Shown here: piece after piece, positions 29,735 through 40,400 of the stretch | Numbering within the stretch: position 1 is the stretch's first letter | Layout of the letters: every line of letters starts with the position of its first letter | Origin: Bacteroidota bacterium | GTDB lineage: Bacteria > Bacteroidota > Bacteroidia > Chitinophagales > Chitinophagaceae | NCBI GenBank assembly: GCA_016868855.1 | Contig: VGFP01000002.1 | Location: 223,210 to 287,209 of the forward strand | Direction of reading: 5' to 3' | DNA: 64,000 nucleotides | The notes under the pieces: model-generated | The model's database searches: none | What the model saw: only the letters and a program-made list of their open reading frames with translations | Told to the model about the DNA's origin: nothing | Made by a program: the position numbers and the translations under genes

Positions 29735-29742
29735 TACCTTTG
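29735..29742 (+). promoter_or_regulatory. -7 element (TACCTTTG) for the folD operon
   Basis: Exact TAnnTTTG match 4 nt before ATG 29747. Confidence 0.7.
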
Positions 29743-29746
29743 AGGA

Positions 29747-30628
29747 ATGGAAATAATGGATGGCAAGCTTGTATCCCAGGCTGTAAAAGACAGGTTAAAA
29801 CAGCAAACCGATGCGCGTAGAGCAGCGTGCAAAAAGTTACCCCATCTTGCAGCTGTTCTCATCGGAAACAACGGCGCAAGCGAAACCTATGTTGCTTCTA
29901 AAGTCAAGTCCTGCTCAGAAGTTGGATTTACATCCACTCTTATTCGTTTAGCTGAAGATATTTCAGAAGTACAGCTATTAAATAAATTGACAGAACTCAA
30001 CGAAGATTTTGATGTAGATGGAATTTTAGTCCAATTGCCTCTTCCAAAGCATATTTCAGAGCAAAAAATAATTGAAACGATTTATCCAAGCAAAGATGTA
30101 GATGGGTTTCATCCGGAAAGTGTTGGAAGAATGGTGCAAGGATTGCCCACTTATTACCCAGCAACTCCATATGGTATCTTGCTATTGCTCGAACATTATA
30201 AAATTGAAACCAAGGGAAAGCATGTTGTTGTTATTGGGCGAAGCAATATTGTCGGACGTCCCATCAGCATCATGCTGAGCAAAAATGAATATCCCGGTAA
30301 TGCGACGGTTACAGTTTGTCATTCACACACCTCCCATTTGAAAGAAATATGCCTGCAGGCAGATATCATCATCGCAGCATTGGGGAAACCTGAATTTCTC
30401 AAAGCTGACATGGTAAAAGAAGGTGCAGTGGTGGTTGATGTAGGTATCACCAGGGTAAGTGATCCCAGCAAAAAATCAGGATTCTCTATCAAGGGGGATG
30501 TTGATTTTGCGGATGTCTCCACCAAGTGCAGTTATATCACACCTGTTCCGGGGGGTGTTGGTCCAATGACTATCGCAGCCCTGATGATGAATACTTTCAA
30601 AGCCTGTGCAGCAAAGGATTCTGTATGA
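29747..30628 (+). CDS. folD: methylenetetrahydrofolate dehydrogenase/cyclohydrolase
   Basis: [38 protein letters not shown]. Confidence 0.97.
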   Translation: MEIMDGKLVSQAVKDRLKQQTDARRAACKKLPHLAAVLIGNNGASETYVASKVKSCSEVGFTSTLIRLAEDISEVQLLNKLTELNEDFDVDGILVQLPLPKHISEQKIIETIYPSKDVDGFHPESVGRMVQGLPTYYPATPYGILLLLEHYKIETKGKHVVVIGRSNIVGRPISIMLSKNEYPGNATVTVCHSHTSHLKEICLQADIIIAALGKPEFLKADMVKEGAVVVDVGITRVSDPSKKSGFSIKGDVDFADVSTKCSYITPVPGGVGPMTIAALMMNTFKACAAKDSV

Positions 30629-31239
30629 GTACCACCAGTATTTCGCAACTTCCTGTAATGGAACAATTTCTTACGCTGCAAGGTGAAGGCAGGTATGCCG
30701 GCCAGGCAGCTTATTTCATTCGGTTGGGTGGATGTGATGTTGGGTGTGTATGGTGCGATGTAAAAGAAAGCTGGGATGTGGATAAACATCCATCCGTAGA
30801 AGTCGGTCTCCTTGTTGAGAATGCTGTTGCATCTGGTGCAAACATAGCAGTGATAACAGGTGGTGAGCCCTTCATGCATGATCTGGATATCTTGACAAAT
30901 GAATTGAAAAAGAAAAATATCCGTACCCATGTTGAAACATCAGGAGCGCACAGGGTAACTGGTACTTGGGACTGGATTACGTTCTCTCCGAAAAAATTCA
31001 AAGCTCCTTTACAGGATACCATTGAACGCGCACATGAATTGAAAGTAATTATGTACAATAAGTCAGATGTTGAATGGGCAGAAAAATTTGCTGCTCAGGT
31101 CAGCAAGGATTGTTTGCTGTACATGCAACCTGAATGGAGCAAGTCAGCCGAAATGAATCCCCTCATCATTGAGTATATCAAATCCAATCCCCAATGGGCC
31201 TTGTCTCTACAAACACATAAATACTTAGATATTCCTTGA
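30625..31239 (+). CDS. queE: 7-carboxy-7-deazaguanine synthase (radical SAM)
   Basis: [41 protein letters not shown]; ATGA overlap with folD. Confidence 0.92.
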   Translation: MSTTSISQLPVMEQFLTLQGEGRYAGQAAYFIRLGGCDVGCVWCDVKESWDVDKHPSVEVGLLVENAVASGANIAVITGGEPFMHDLDILTNELKKKNIRTHVETSGAHRVTGTWDWITFSPKKFKAPLQDTIERAHELKVIMYNKSDVEWAEKFAAQVSKDCLLYMQPEWSKSAEMNPLIIEYIKSNPQWALSLQTHKYLDIP

Positions 31240-32879
31240 TCAATGCACGATCTATATTGATATGCTTATCGCTGCTGTTTGCATGCAATGCAAATGCTCA
31301 GCAAAAAATTTCAAAACAAAATCTAAAAAAATCAGCTGAATTCCTGAGAAAAGGAATGGAAAGCGTGGATCAGGGAAATCTTGATCTGGCTGCTTCTTGC
31401 TTTGAACAATCCCTTTATTTTAATTCATTCAATACTTCAACCTGGCTTGCCTTTGCAGATCTCAAGTATCTGTTGAAAGATTATGATTCGACCATTGTCC
31501 TGATAAAAAAAATCATTTCATTGGATGCTTCAAAAGAAAAATCTCTTGCAGTTCCCCTTATAAGATCATACATGGGGGTGGGGTATTTTACGCATGCGAA
31601 GCAATTCGTCGTTGCCGCAGCATCGAGAGGTTATCTGGATACCACGATGACATCAGCGTATCTGCGACTGCTTGATTATGCTGCTCAAGTCTCCGAAAAA
31701 AACTCAGAAGCGGGTCTTATCATTCAGAACATGGGAACATCGATCAATTCAATCGCATCTGAATATTTTCCTGCTATTTCTTCAACCGATACATTGATGA
31801 TCATGACCAGGCGCATCAACAATGGAAACAACGAAGATTTTTTCAGCTCCACTTTGAGAAACAACCAATGGCAATCAGCAATACCACTGAAGGGGAAAAT
31901 CAATACTCCTTACAATGAAGGCGGTCAAAAAATATCCTCTGATGGAAAGACGATGGTTTTCACAGGGTGTAATTATCCAGATGGTTTTGGAAGTTGTGAT
32001 TTGTATTATGCCACTTACATGAGTGGTCAATGGTCTGAGCGGAGGAATTTTGGTGATCCAATCAATTCATCATATTGGGAGTCGGCTCCTTGTTTTTCGG
32101 CAGATATGAAATCACTTTATTTTTCTTCCAACCGTCCTGGTGGATTCGGAGGAATGGATTTATATGTGAGCCGCTACCTTGGCAATCAGCGTTGGAGTGT
32201 ACCCCAAAATCTTGGTCCAACCATCAATACGTCAGGCGATGAGATGTTTCCATTTATTCATTTTGACAATGCCACATTTTATTTCACATCCAATGGATGG
32301 AGCACGATTGGCGGATCGGATATTTTTGTTTCCAGATTGATAGGAGATCAATTTACCATACCTGTCAACATGGGATATCCGGTCAACACGATTGACAATG
32401 AATCCGGCCTGGTAGTGAACGCAAGCGGCAAGCTTGCATATTTTTCAAGTGACCGATACGGAGGTTTAGGTCAGATGGATATTTATCAATTCAAACTTCC
32501 TGAAGAGGTGCAGGCATTCCCTGTAAAACCAAAAGAAAAAATAATTCTCAATAATATTCAATTTGAAACTGCAAGGTGGGAATTGAAAAAGAATGCTGAA
32601 GCGGAATTGAATCTACTCACTCAATTTTTATTGAGAAAACCCGCTGTTCGTATACAAATCAATGGACATACAGACAACATTGGAACGGAGGCTGATAATT
32701 TGAAACTTTCCGAACGGCGGGCCCAGTCAGTGGTTGAATATTTGATCAGAAACGGAATCGATGCAGCAAGACTGCTGTACAAAGGATTTGGTGCTTCAGA
32801 GCCTATAGCAGACAATCAAACTGAGGGGGGGAGGGCAAAAAATCGCAGAACAGAAATGGTGATTTTGTCTATTGAATAG
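31236..32879 (+). CDS. TPR + PD40 beta-propeller + OmpA-like peptidoglycan-binding protein (PorE-like architecture)
   Basis: Signal peptide, TPR-like helices, repeats LYFSSNRPGGFGGMDLY and AYFSSDRYGGLGQMDIY, OmpA motifs GHTDNIG...LSERRA...NRRTE. Confidence 0.88.
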   Translation: MINARSILICLSLLFACNANAQQKISKQNLKKSAEFLRKGMESVDQGNLDLAASCFEQSLYFNSFNTSTWLAFADLKYLLKDYDSTIVLIKKIISLDASKEKSLAVPLIRSYMGVGYFTHAKQFVVAAASRGYLDTTMTSAYLRLLDYAAQVSEKNSEAGLIIQNMGTSINSIASEYFPAISSTDTLMIMTRRINNGNNEDFFSSTLRNNQWQSAIPLKGKINTPYNEGGQKISSDGKTMVFTGCNYPDGFGSCDLYYATYMSGQWSERRNFGDPINSSYWESAPCFSADMKSLYFSSNRPGGFGGMDLYVSRYLGNQRWSVPQNLGPTINTSGDEMFPFIHFDNATFYFTSNGWSTIGGSDIFVSRLIGDQFTIPVNMGYPVNTIDNESGLVVNASGKLAYFSSDRYGGLGQMDIYQFKLPEEVQAFPVKPKEKIILNNIQFETARWELKKNAEAELNLLTQFLLRKPAVRIQINGHTDNIGTEADNLKLSERRAQSVVEYLIRNGIDAARLLYKGFGASEPIADNQTEGGRAKNRRTEMVILSIE

Positions 32880-32953
32880 GTTTTTATTCTGATACACGCA
32901 GTTCTTTTCATCCATCTCACATACATTCTTGCTCCTACATTCGTTTGCAACAA

Positions 32954-34063
32954 ATGAATGCAGAGCAATTATACTATCATTTATCATTGGTGCTCATCCC
33001 CCATATCGGCGATGTACATATATCCATTTTGATGGAGTATTTCAGAGATCCCAAACTTATCTTCCAGGCCAAGCGAAAGGAGCTGGAATCCATCAGTGGG
33101 ATAGGATCAGTAAGGGCCAATGCAATCAAATCATTTAGTGAATTTGAATTGGTTGAACGCGAGTTGAAGTTTGTTGAAAAAAACAATATCAACGTGCTCG
33201 TGAAAACGGAGGAAGGGTATCCAACAAAGCTCAAAGAATTTCAGGATGCACCGCATGTGTTGTTTTTCAAGGGATCTGCAGCATTGAATGGAAGCAAGAT
33301 TGTCAGTATCATCGGTACACGATCACCAACCTCATATGGAAAAGAAAGGGCGATAGAATTGATCAAAACATTGAGTGGCCAGGGCGTAATGGTAGTAAGC
33401 GGACTCGCGTATGGCATCGATACGATTGTTCACAAAGAATCATTGAAGGTTGAACTGCCTACATTGGGGGTGCTGGGACACGGACTGGATCAGATTTATC
33501 CTAAGGTGAATCGATCACTTGCAGTGGAAATGCTGCAAAACGGTGGACTCATTACCGAATTCATGAGCAAGACAAAACCCGACAAACAAAATTTTCCTTT
33601 GAGAAATAGGATAGTCTCAGGCATAGCTGATGCTGTCGTGGTAATGGAGAGTGGGGAGAAGGGAGGAAGTTTGATCACTGCAAACATGGCCAATGCCTAC
33701 AACAAAGATGTTTTTGCTTATCCCGGACGATCGATTGATCCCCAGAGCCGGGGGTGTAATGAGCTGATCAAATCACAAAGAGCCATGCTCATCAATGATG
33801 GAACTGATTTTTTGTCTTTTATGAATTGGCAGAAAGAATCTTCGAGAAAGAAAGCCATTCAATCCTCTTTGTTTTATGATTTGACACAGGAGGAAAGTGT
33901 TCTCCTCAGTTTATTCAATGATGAAAAAACTTTGTCAATCGATCAGATACATACACTTTCAAATATGAAATCGAGCCAGGTCCCCCTGATACTGTTATCT
34001 CTAGAAATGAAAGGGCTGGTCAGGATCCTTCCAGGTAAAATATATGCTGCCAACTACAGCTGA
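32954..34063 (+). CDS. dprA: DNA-processing protein DprA
   Basis: IIGTRSPTSYG, VSGLAYGID, FPLRNRIVSG, GGSLITA, C-terminal winged helix (LLSLEMKG). Confidence 0.95.
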   Translation: MNAEQLYYHLSLVLIPHIGDVHISILMEYFRDPKLIFQAKRKELESISGIGSVRANAIKSFSEFELVERELKFVEKNNINVLVKTEEGYPTKLKEFQDAPHVLFFKGSAALNGSKIVSIIGTRSPTSYGKERAIELIKTLSGQGVMVVSGLAYGIDTIVHKESLKVELPTLGVLGHGLDQIYPKVNRSLAVEMLQNGGLITEFMSKTKPDKQNFPLRNRIVSGIADAVVVMESGEKGGSLITANMANAYNKDVFAYPGRSIDPQSRGCNELIKSQRAMLINDGTDFLSFMNWQKESSRKKAIQSSLFYDLTQEESVLLSLFNDEKTLSIDQIHTLSNMKSSQVPLILLSLEMKGLVRILPGKIYAANYS

Positions 34064-34096
34064 TGCTGATTTTTGTATTTTTTCATACCTTCGCAT

Positions 34097-35572
34097 ATGG
34101 CAACAAAAACTCCATCCCCCAAGTTTTTCGGTGAAGGTCTCACCTTCGATGATGTTTTGCTGGTTCCGGCATATTCTGATGTATTGCCCAGAGAAGTAGA
34201 TACCAGATCTCATTTAACAAAAGACATAGTCCTCAATATTCCCATGCTTTCTGCCGCCATGGATACGGTTACTGAGGCAAACCTTGCCATTGCACTGGCA
34301 AGAGAGGGAGGAATCGGAATCTTGCACAAGAACATGTCGATTGATCAGCAGGTGGAACAAGTCAGAAAAGTGAAGAGAAGTGAAAGTGGAATGATCATAG
34401 ATCCTGTTACGCTGCATGAAGACGCCATTATTGAAGATGCATTGAAATTGATGCGCGAGAACAGAATAGGCGGTATTCCCATTGTTGACAGAAGCAATAA
34501 GCTTGTTGGAATTCTGACAAATCGTGATTTGAGATTTGAGACCAACAGAAAAAAGAAAATAAAAGAGGTCATGACCAGTGAAAACCTGGTTACTGCACCA
34601 GAGGGTACCGATCTACACAAGGCTGAAAAAATTTTACAGAATTATAAAATCGAAAAACTGCCTGTCGTCAAAAAGAACGGCCAATTGATTGGATTGATTA
34701 CATACCGTGATATTCTTCAATTGCAAAGTTTCCCCTATGCTGCAAAAGATGAATTCGGACGATTAAGAGTAGGTGCTGCTTTGGGAATCACCAAAGATCT
34801 GCTGGACAGAACAGCAGCATTGCAGCATATCGGTGTGGATGTGATTTGCCTGGATAGTGCGCATGGACATACAAAGGGCGTGATCGATTCTTTGAAGTTG
34901 ATCAGAAAAAATTTCAAACAGATCAGAATCATTGCAGGCAATGTTGCAACAGCCACAGGTGCGAAAGCACTCGCAGAGGCAGGTGCAAGTGGTGTAAAAG
35001 TAGGTATCGGACCAGGATCCATTTGTACCACAAGAATCGTTGCCGGTGCAGGTGTACCTCAAATCACTGCTATCATGGAGGCATCATCCGCATTGAAAAA
35101 ATTAAATGTACCCGTCATAGCCGACGGAGGAATCAGGTATACGGGTGATATGGTGAAAGCGATTGCAGCAGGTGCATCTACCGTTATGATGGGAAGTATT
35201 TTTGCTGGCGTGGAAGAAAGTCCTGGGGAAACAATCATCTATGAAGGAAGAAAATTCAAACAATACCGCGGAATGGGCTCCATTGGTGCTATGCAGCTTG
35301 GCAGCAGCGACAGGTATTTTCAAGATGTGGAAGATGGCATCAAAAAATTGGTACCCGAAGGAATCGAGGGTAGGGTGCCATTCAAAGGCAACTTGAACGA
35401 GGTGATTACGCAGTTTGTAGGTGGACTGAGAGCAGGAATGGGTTATTGTGGAGCAAAAAATATCAAAACACTCCAAGAGGCACAATTCATCCGCATCACC
35501 AATGCCGGAATCAAGGAAAGCCACGCGCACGATGTTGCCATTACAAAAGAAGCACCCAATTACAGCAGATAA
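34097..35572 (+). CDS. guaB: IMP dehydrogenase
   Basis: [22 protein letters not shown] pair, [23 protein letters not shown]. Confidence 0.98.
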   Translation: MATKTPSPKFFGEGLTFDDVLLVPAYSDVLPREVDTRSHLTKDIVLNIPMLSAAMDTVTEANLAIALAREGGIGILHKNMSIDQQVEQVRKVKRSESGMIIDPVTLHEDAIIEDALKLMRENRIGGIPIVDRSNKLVGILTNRDLRFETNRKKKIKEVMTSENLVTAPEGTDLHKAEKILQNYKIEKLPVVKKNGQLIGLITYRDILQLQSFPYAAKDEFGRLRVGAALGITKDLLDRTAALQHIGVDVICLDSAHGHTKGVIDSLKLIRKNFKQIRIIAGNVATATGAKALAEAGASGVKVGIGPGSICTTRIVAGAGVPQITAIMEASSALKKLNVPVIADGGIRYTGDMVKAIAAGASTVMMGSIFAGVEESPGETIIYEGRKFKQYRGMGSIGAMQLGSSDRYFQDVEDGIKKLVPEGIEGRVPFKGNLNEVITQFVGGLRAGMGYCGAKNIKTLQEAQFIRITNAGIKESHAHDVAITKEAPNYSR

Positions 35573-35581
35573 ATATTGAAG

Positions 35582-36748
35582 ATGAAAAGACTGCTCATTG
35601 CATGTGTTGTCATTTTCTCTTTCTTGCCACCTTACGCCGCGAAGGCCCAGCAAGATAGCAGTGGACTGCAAATCAGTTTACTTACTTGTTCACCCGGGGC
35701 AGAGCTTTACTCAGTATTTGGGCACAATGCTTTGCGAATCATAGATTCAGCTGCGGGAACCGATATTGTATACAATTACGGAACATTTGATTTCAATGAT
35801 CCTGACTTCTACACGAAGTTTGTCCGGGGCAAATTACTTTACTTCGTCAGCCAGGTAAGCTACAGTGATTTTCTATTTGAATACCAGTATTTCAAAAGAG
35901 GCGTCAAAGAACAAGTATTGCATCTGAGTCAGCAAGAAAAAAAGAAAATACAAACGGACCTTTTTCAGAATGTGCGCGAGGAAAACAGGTATTATAAGTA
36001 TGATTTTTTGTTTGATAATTGTACAACAAGGTTGAGGGATATTATTTTTCAAAAGAATAAGTACGATTCATATCAAATTCCGGTCTTTACGCAACAGGGG
36101 CAAACATTCAGGGACCATCTGCATGTATACCTGGATCGTGCTCAGATGAGATGGACGGCGCTCGGCATTGATTTTTTATTGGGTTTTGGGGCAGATATTC
36201 CAATGACACAAATGCAATCGATGTTTCTGCCTGATTTCTTGAACAAAGGCGTTTCGCTGACAAGCACTGATATGGGGAGAATGGTGAGAATGGAGACAGA
36301 GGTTTTGGCAGATCTGCAGCCTGCTCCGCAAGCGCTTCCATTTTATCTTGATCCATTATTTGTAATAATTGTTTTTTGTGTTGTATTGTTGATTCCTTCC
36401 TTCTATTTTACTTCTTTTCAATTGTTGTCCGATCAGATAATATTCATCCTTTCTGGTATGCTGGGTTTGTTCTTGATGTTCATGTGGTTTGGAACCGATC
36501 ATCAAAGCTTCTCACAAAATTTGAACCTGGTATGGGCATTCCCTCTCAACCTGTTTTTTGCTTTCAAGATCAGTAATTTGCAAGACTGGATGCGAAAGTT
36601 CTTCAAACTTTGGAGCATCGTACTTTTGGCTTTGATCGTATTTTCTCTCACAATCATTGGAATTATCAATGCTGCCTTGTATCCTTTGATGTTTTTAATT
36701 TCTTTCAGATATTGGATATTATCTAAAAAAGTCAACCAACATGCGTAA
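35582..36748 (+). CDS. DUF4105 protein with C-terminal TM helices (Lnb-type lipoprotein N-acyltransferase family)
   Basis: ISLLTCSPG, FGH, YNYGTFDF, YDFLFDNCTTR, MFLP, then about four TM segments with WFGTDH. Confidence 0.8.
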   Translation: MKRLLIACVVIFSFLPPYAAKAQQDSSGLQISLLTCSPGAELYSVFGHNALRIIDSAAGTDIVYNYGTFDFNDPDFYTKFVRGKLLYFVSQVSYSDFLFEYQYFKRGVKEQVLHLSQQEKKKIQTDLFQNVREENRYYKYDFLFDNCTTRLRDIIFQKNKYDSYQIPVFTQQGQTFRDHLHVYLDRAQMRWTALGIDFLLGFGADIPMTQMQSMFLPDFLNKGVSLTSTDMGRMVRMETEVLADLQPAPQALPFYLDPLFVIIVFCVVLLIPSFYFTSFQLLSDQIIFILSGMLGLFLMFMWFGTDHQSFSQNLNLVWAFPLNLFFAFKISNLQDWMRKFFKLWSIVLLALIVFSLTIIGIINAALYPLMFLISFRYWILSKKVNQHA

Positions 36749-37496
36749 AAAAATAATGATCACTGGTGCAAGTTCCGGATTTGGTAAGGCCATGGCACAT
36801 CGCTTTGCAAAGGAGGGATGGAGCATTGTCATTACCGGAAGGAGAAAGAAAATCTTGCTTGAATTGGCTGAAGAACTCACTGCTCAGTATGGCGCAGAGG
36901 TGCTTGTGAAAGTTTTTGATGTACAGCAGCGCAAAGAAGTTTTTGATGTACTTGCAAACGACGAAAAACTTGGGGATGTTGATGTGGTTGTAAACAACGC
37001 TGGACTCGCCCTTGGCCGAGATTATTTTGATGAAGCCAACTTAGATGATTGGGAAACAATGATCGATACAAACTTGAAGGGGTTGTTGTATGTGTCCAAG
37101 GCAATGCTCCCTTATTTGATCAAACGAGGCAAAGGCCATATTATCAATATTGGATCAACAGCTGGAAAAGAAGTATATGAAAAGGGAAATGTGTATTGTG
37201 CTACAAAAACATCAGTTGATGCGATCAGTCAGGCAATGCGAATCGACATGCTTCGTCACCAAATAAAAGTAACTGCCATTCACCCTGGTGCGGCTGAAAC
37301 GGAATTTTCAATCGTACGATTCAAAGGTGATGCATCTATGGCAAAGACAGTTTATGAAGGGTACCAGCCATTGAAAGCTGAAGATGTTGCAGACACAGCT
37401 TTTTATTGTGCAAACTTGCCTGAACACGTTTGTATCAACAGTGTCGTTATGACGTGTACATCCCAGGCCAATTCATTTTATTTACTGCGCAAGTGA
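36741..37496 (+). CDS. SDR family oxidoreductase (YdfG-like)
   Basis: TGASSGFG, NNAGLALG, YCATK, PGAAETEFS. Confidence 0.92.
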   Translation: MRKKIMITGASSGFGKAMAHRFAKEGWSIVITGRRKKILLELAEELTAQYGAEVLVKVFDVQQRKEVFDVLANDEKLGDVDVVVNNAGLALGRDYFDEANLDDWETMIDTNLKGLLYVSKAMLPYLIKRGKGHIINIGSTAGKEVYEKGNVYCATKTSVDAISQAMRIDMLRHQIKVTAIHPGAAETEFSIVRFKGDASMAKTVYEGYQPLKAEDVADTAFYCANLPEHVCINSVVMTCTSQANSFYLLRK

Positions 37497-40400
37497 TATT
37501 CTTACCTGAAGTCCTCCTCTGGTATTCACAGAAGGTGCTGAATTTGAAATATAAGGACTGACCCTTCTTTGGTCAAAATACAATTGAAGATTGATTCTGT
37601 TGTTCAATACATAATCAATGGTGGGACGAATGCTGATTACTTTTTGTCCGCCTGTTGCATAAGCATTGTCTTGATCTAGCCTTGAATTTGAATTGATATC
37701 ATCCCGTATGCTGAAGTCCAATGCAAATGTGATATCACTGCCGGAGGACGATCCGGGTTGTGCCTGACTTTGTTCTTTGTTTCCAAAGTTTAGGTTGAAA
37801 GGTAAATTGACGCCTCTTTTCCTCCACCTCATTCCAAATGTGATCTCGGTTGAGTGTACTTCACTCAATTGAAAATCTGCCAAACTCAAACTCAATTGTC
37901 TGGATTTCTTATATTCAAATCTGCCTGACAGTTGGCTGGGTGTGCTGAAATCTATTCCAATCAATGGTGCAAACTGTTCAGATATCAAGAGGTTGGGAAA
38001 AAGAAAATAGGGTATGAAATTTCCAGTAATGGTATCTACGAATGATGGGAATCCATACAGCAGCGTATCTTGGAAAAGCAAAGCTGAATTGAAGCTGTTC
38101 ATGCTCAATGTTGAATTATATGCATGGCTCAGTGTAAAGTTGCTCAGTATGTTTTCAATTCCAGGAATTTTACTCAATCCATTGTAGGTAATCCTCCAGT
38201 TGGGTTTGGGCATGTATCCTTTGAAAGGATTGGTCTTTACCGATCCGGTTTCTCCGGTATTCAGCAGGGAAATATTTTTTGGATCCTGTTTTGTGTATGC
38301 CGCAATAAAAGATGGAACAAGTACATCTTGGGCATACCTGCCATAACCTTTGTAATAGCCATCAGAACCCTGTGTTTTGCTGTACGGATTGCTTTCACCC
38401 AAACGCTTGGATAAAACTGCTCTGTTCTCTTCAAATGTTTTGAACGTTCCACTAATAGCGTTGGGATCAAATTTCCCAAAAAGTGTCTGAAACGAGATAT
38501 AGCTGATGCTGAAGCCCCCGCCGGCATATGGATTGAGTGCGGAGAATTGTCCGGTATTGGCAGTGTCTTTGAAAAGGGTTGAGTAATTTTTATTGAGGGT
38601 CCTGTCAATATTTACATCAATCAGAAAATCTTTGAATGGCTCAACTTGTGCAGTCATGTTGAATTTCTGATCGTAGTTCTGCAAAAACAAATTATTGAGC
38701 ATCGGATCGCTGGTGATCAAACCCTTTTTGGCAACAGATTGAAGCCATGCTTGATTCGGTTGTTTTCCTGCAATGAAGTCTATTCCAGGTGAAAGGCTTT
38801 TCCAGTTTTGTCCCAATGCCCTTGTGCTGTCTGTATATCCTGGCAGGAAGGTGGTCCCCCCTTCGTTGTAAGAAGCTCCCACTCTTTTGAGTGCAGTAAT
38901 GATGCGCAGGATTGTTTTTTCTGCACCTGACAGTGCAATGTCTTTTTTCTCTTTTACCTCTTTTTCTTTCTTTTCTTTCTTTTCTTTCTCCTCAATGATA
39001 TTTCCATCTTTGTCCTTCTTTTCTTTTTTCATTTTAACTGAAGCTGCCTTGGGTTGTTTAGGAGCAGGTGCAGCACCACTTCCATCAATGGCTCGCAAGA
39101 ATCTTACTTTGTTGTAGAGTTGTGTGAAGTTCAATTCTGCTGTAGCACCAGCCTGGTTGCTGTTTTGTAATGTATTTCCCAGGCTCACGGCAAGTCTGGA
39201 GGCACCAACCCAATTATAGGTTGTACGGTATGCTAGGTTCAGACTTGTCCAGTCAAGCAATGGAAAACTGTTGAGTGGTACATTATAAGTGAGATCTGCA
39301 TTGTGGCTGTAAAGCGTATTCCTTCCTCCTTTGAGAAAATTTCTGAGCAATGAATCTTGTTTTGCTTTTGTATCAATTCTTCCGAAAGGTTCATCTACCC
39401 GCGAATTATTGGTTGCCCTGAAATCAAAGTTGAGTGATTTCGTCAGGTCCCATCTCAAATTATAATTCCTGTCAACGATAAAGTATTTATCATAGGTTTC
39501 TGGAATTTTAAATTTCCCTCCACCAACATTGCGCGGACGAATGGCGCCAAACTGCCTTCTCGTATCCAACCTGAATCCAATGAGAGAAGGCATCAGATTG
39601 AAGTTTACATTTTTAATGAAGTCGACCCATTTGCTTTGGATAGGAATGAGTTTTTTCAAAGGCTCAATGTATTTAGCCTGTCTATTGAAGTTATATCCAA
39701 TGCCACCCTGTGTTTTAGCAATTTCGTTGTTCTCTGTCAGTGGATTGTGTTGCCTGGTTTGAGTGAGGGAATAACTGAAATCAAAATTGGAAAGACTCCA
39801 AAGCCTGATTTTTTTATCCTGTCTTTGTGCAAAACGGACATTCGTGAAGTTGATGGTTTTGATTCCAGTATAGTCAACCGCATCGCCATTGATAGAGTCT
39901 CTTTTGTCTCTGTAGAGGGATAATTTATCTCTCAATAAAATATCACGGTCATATGGATCAAACTGAGGCGAGCTCATTGTCTCAGAGAGATTGAGGAAGA
40001 AAGGTATTTCCAGGCCAATTTGTTTGGGAAGCAGTTTTCCCAATTGGAGATTTGCTGACAGATCATACTGTTTGAGATCGTTTCTGTAACGTTCATTTAC
40101 ACGTTGTTCAAGCTGACCGAAACCTACCGTATGCATGTTTGCTGAAACGGAAACCGTTCCCAGGTCTGCTAGCTGTATATTCATTTGCCCCACTGCCGCC
40201 CAGGCACTGTTTTCATTGATGCCAGAAAGCCTGAGCTCGTTGATCCATACTTCCGCATTGATCCGCCTTCCGCCGGATGCATTTTTCGGGTTTTCAACCC
40301 CTGCCAGAATGCCCCGTATCTCTGCAAGATTGGGATTTCCATACACAGAAAATATTTTTCCGTTTACGCTCTTTCTATAAATAGCGGTGGGATTGTTTGT

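Noticed and set aside
38935-39080. Low-complexity T/C-rich tract inside sprA
   Set aside because: It encodes an in-frame Lys/Glu-rich loop (KKEKKDKD...EKEKKEKKEKE) with no frameshift or exact nucleotide repeat unit.
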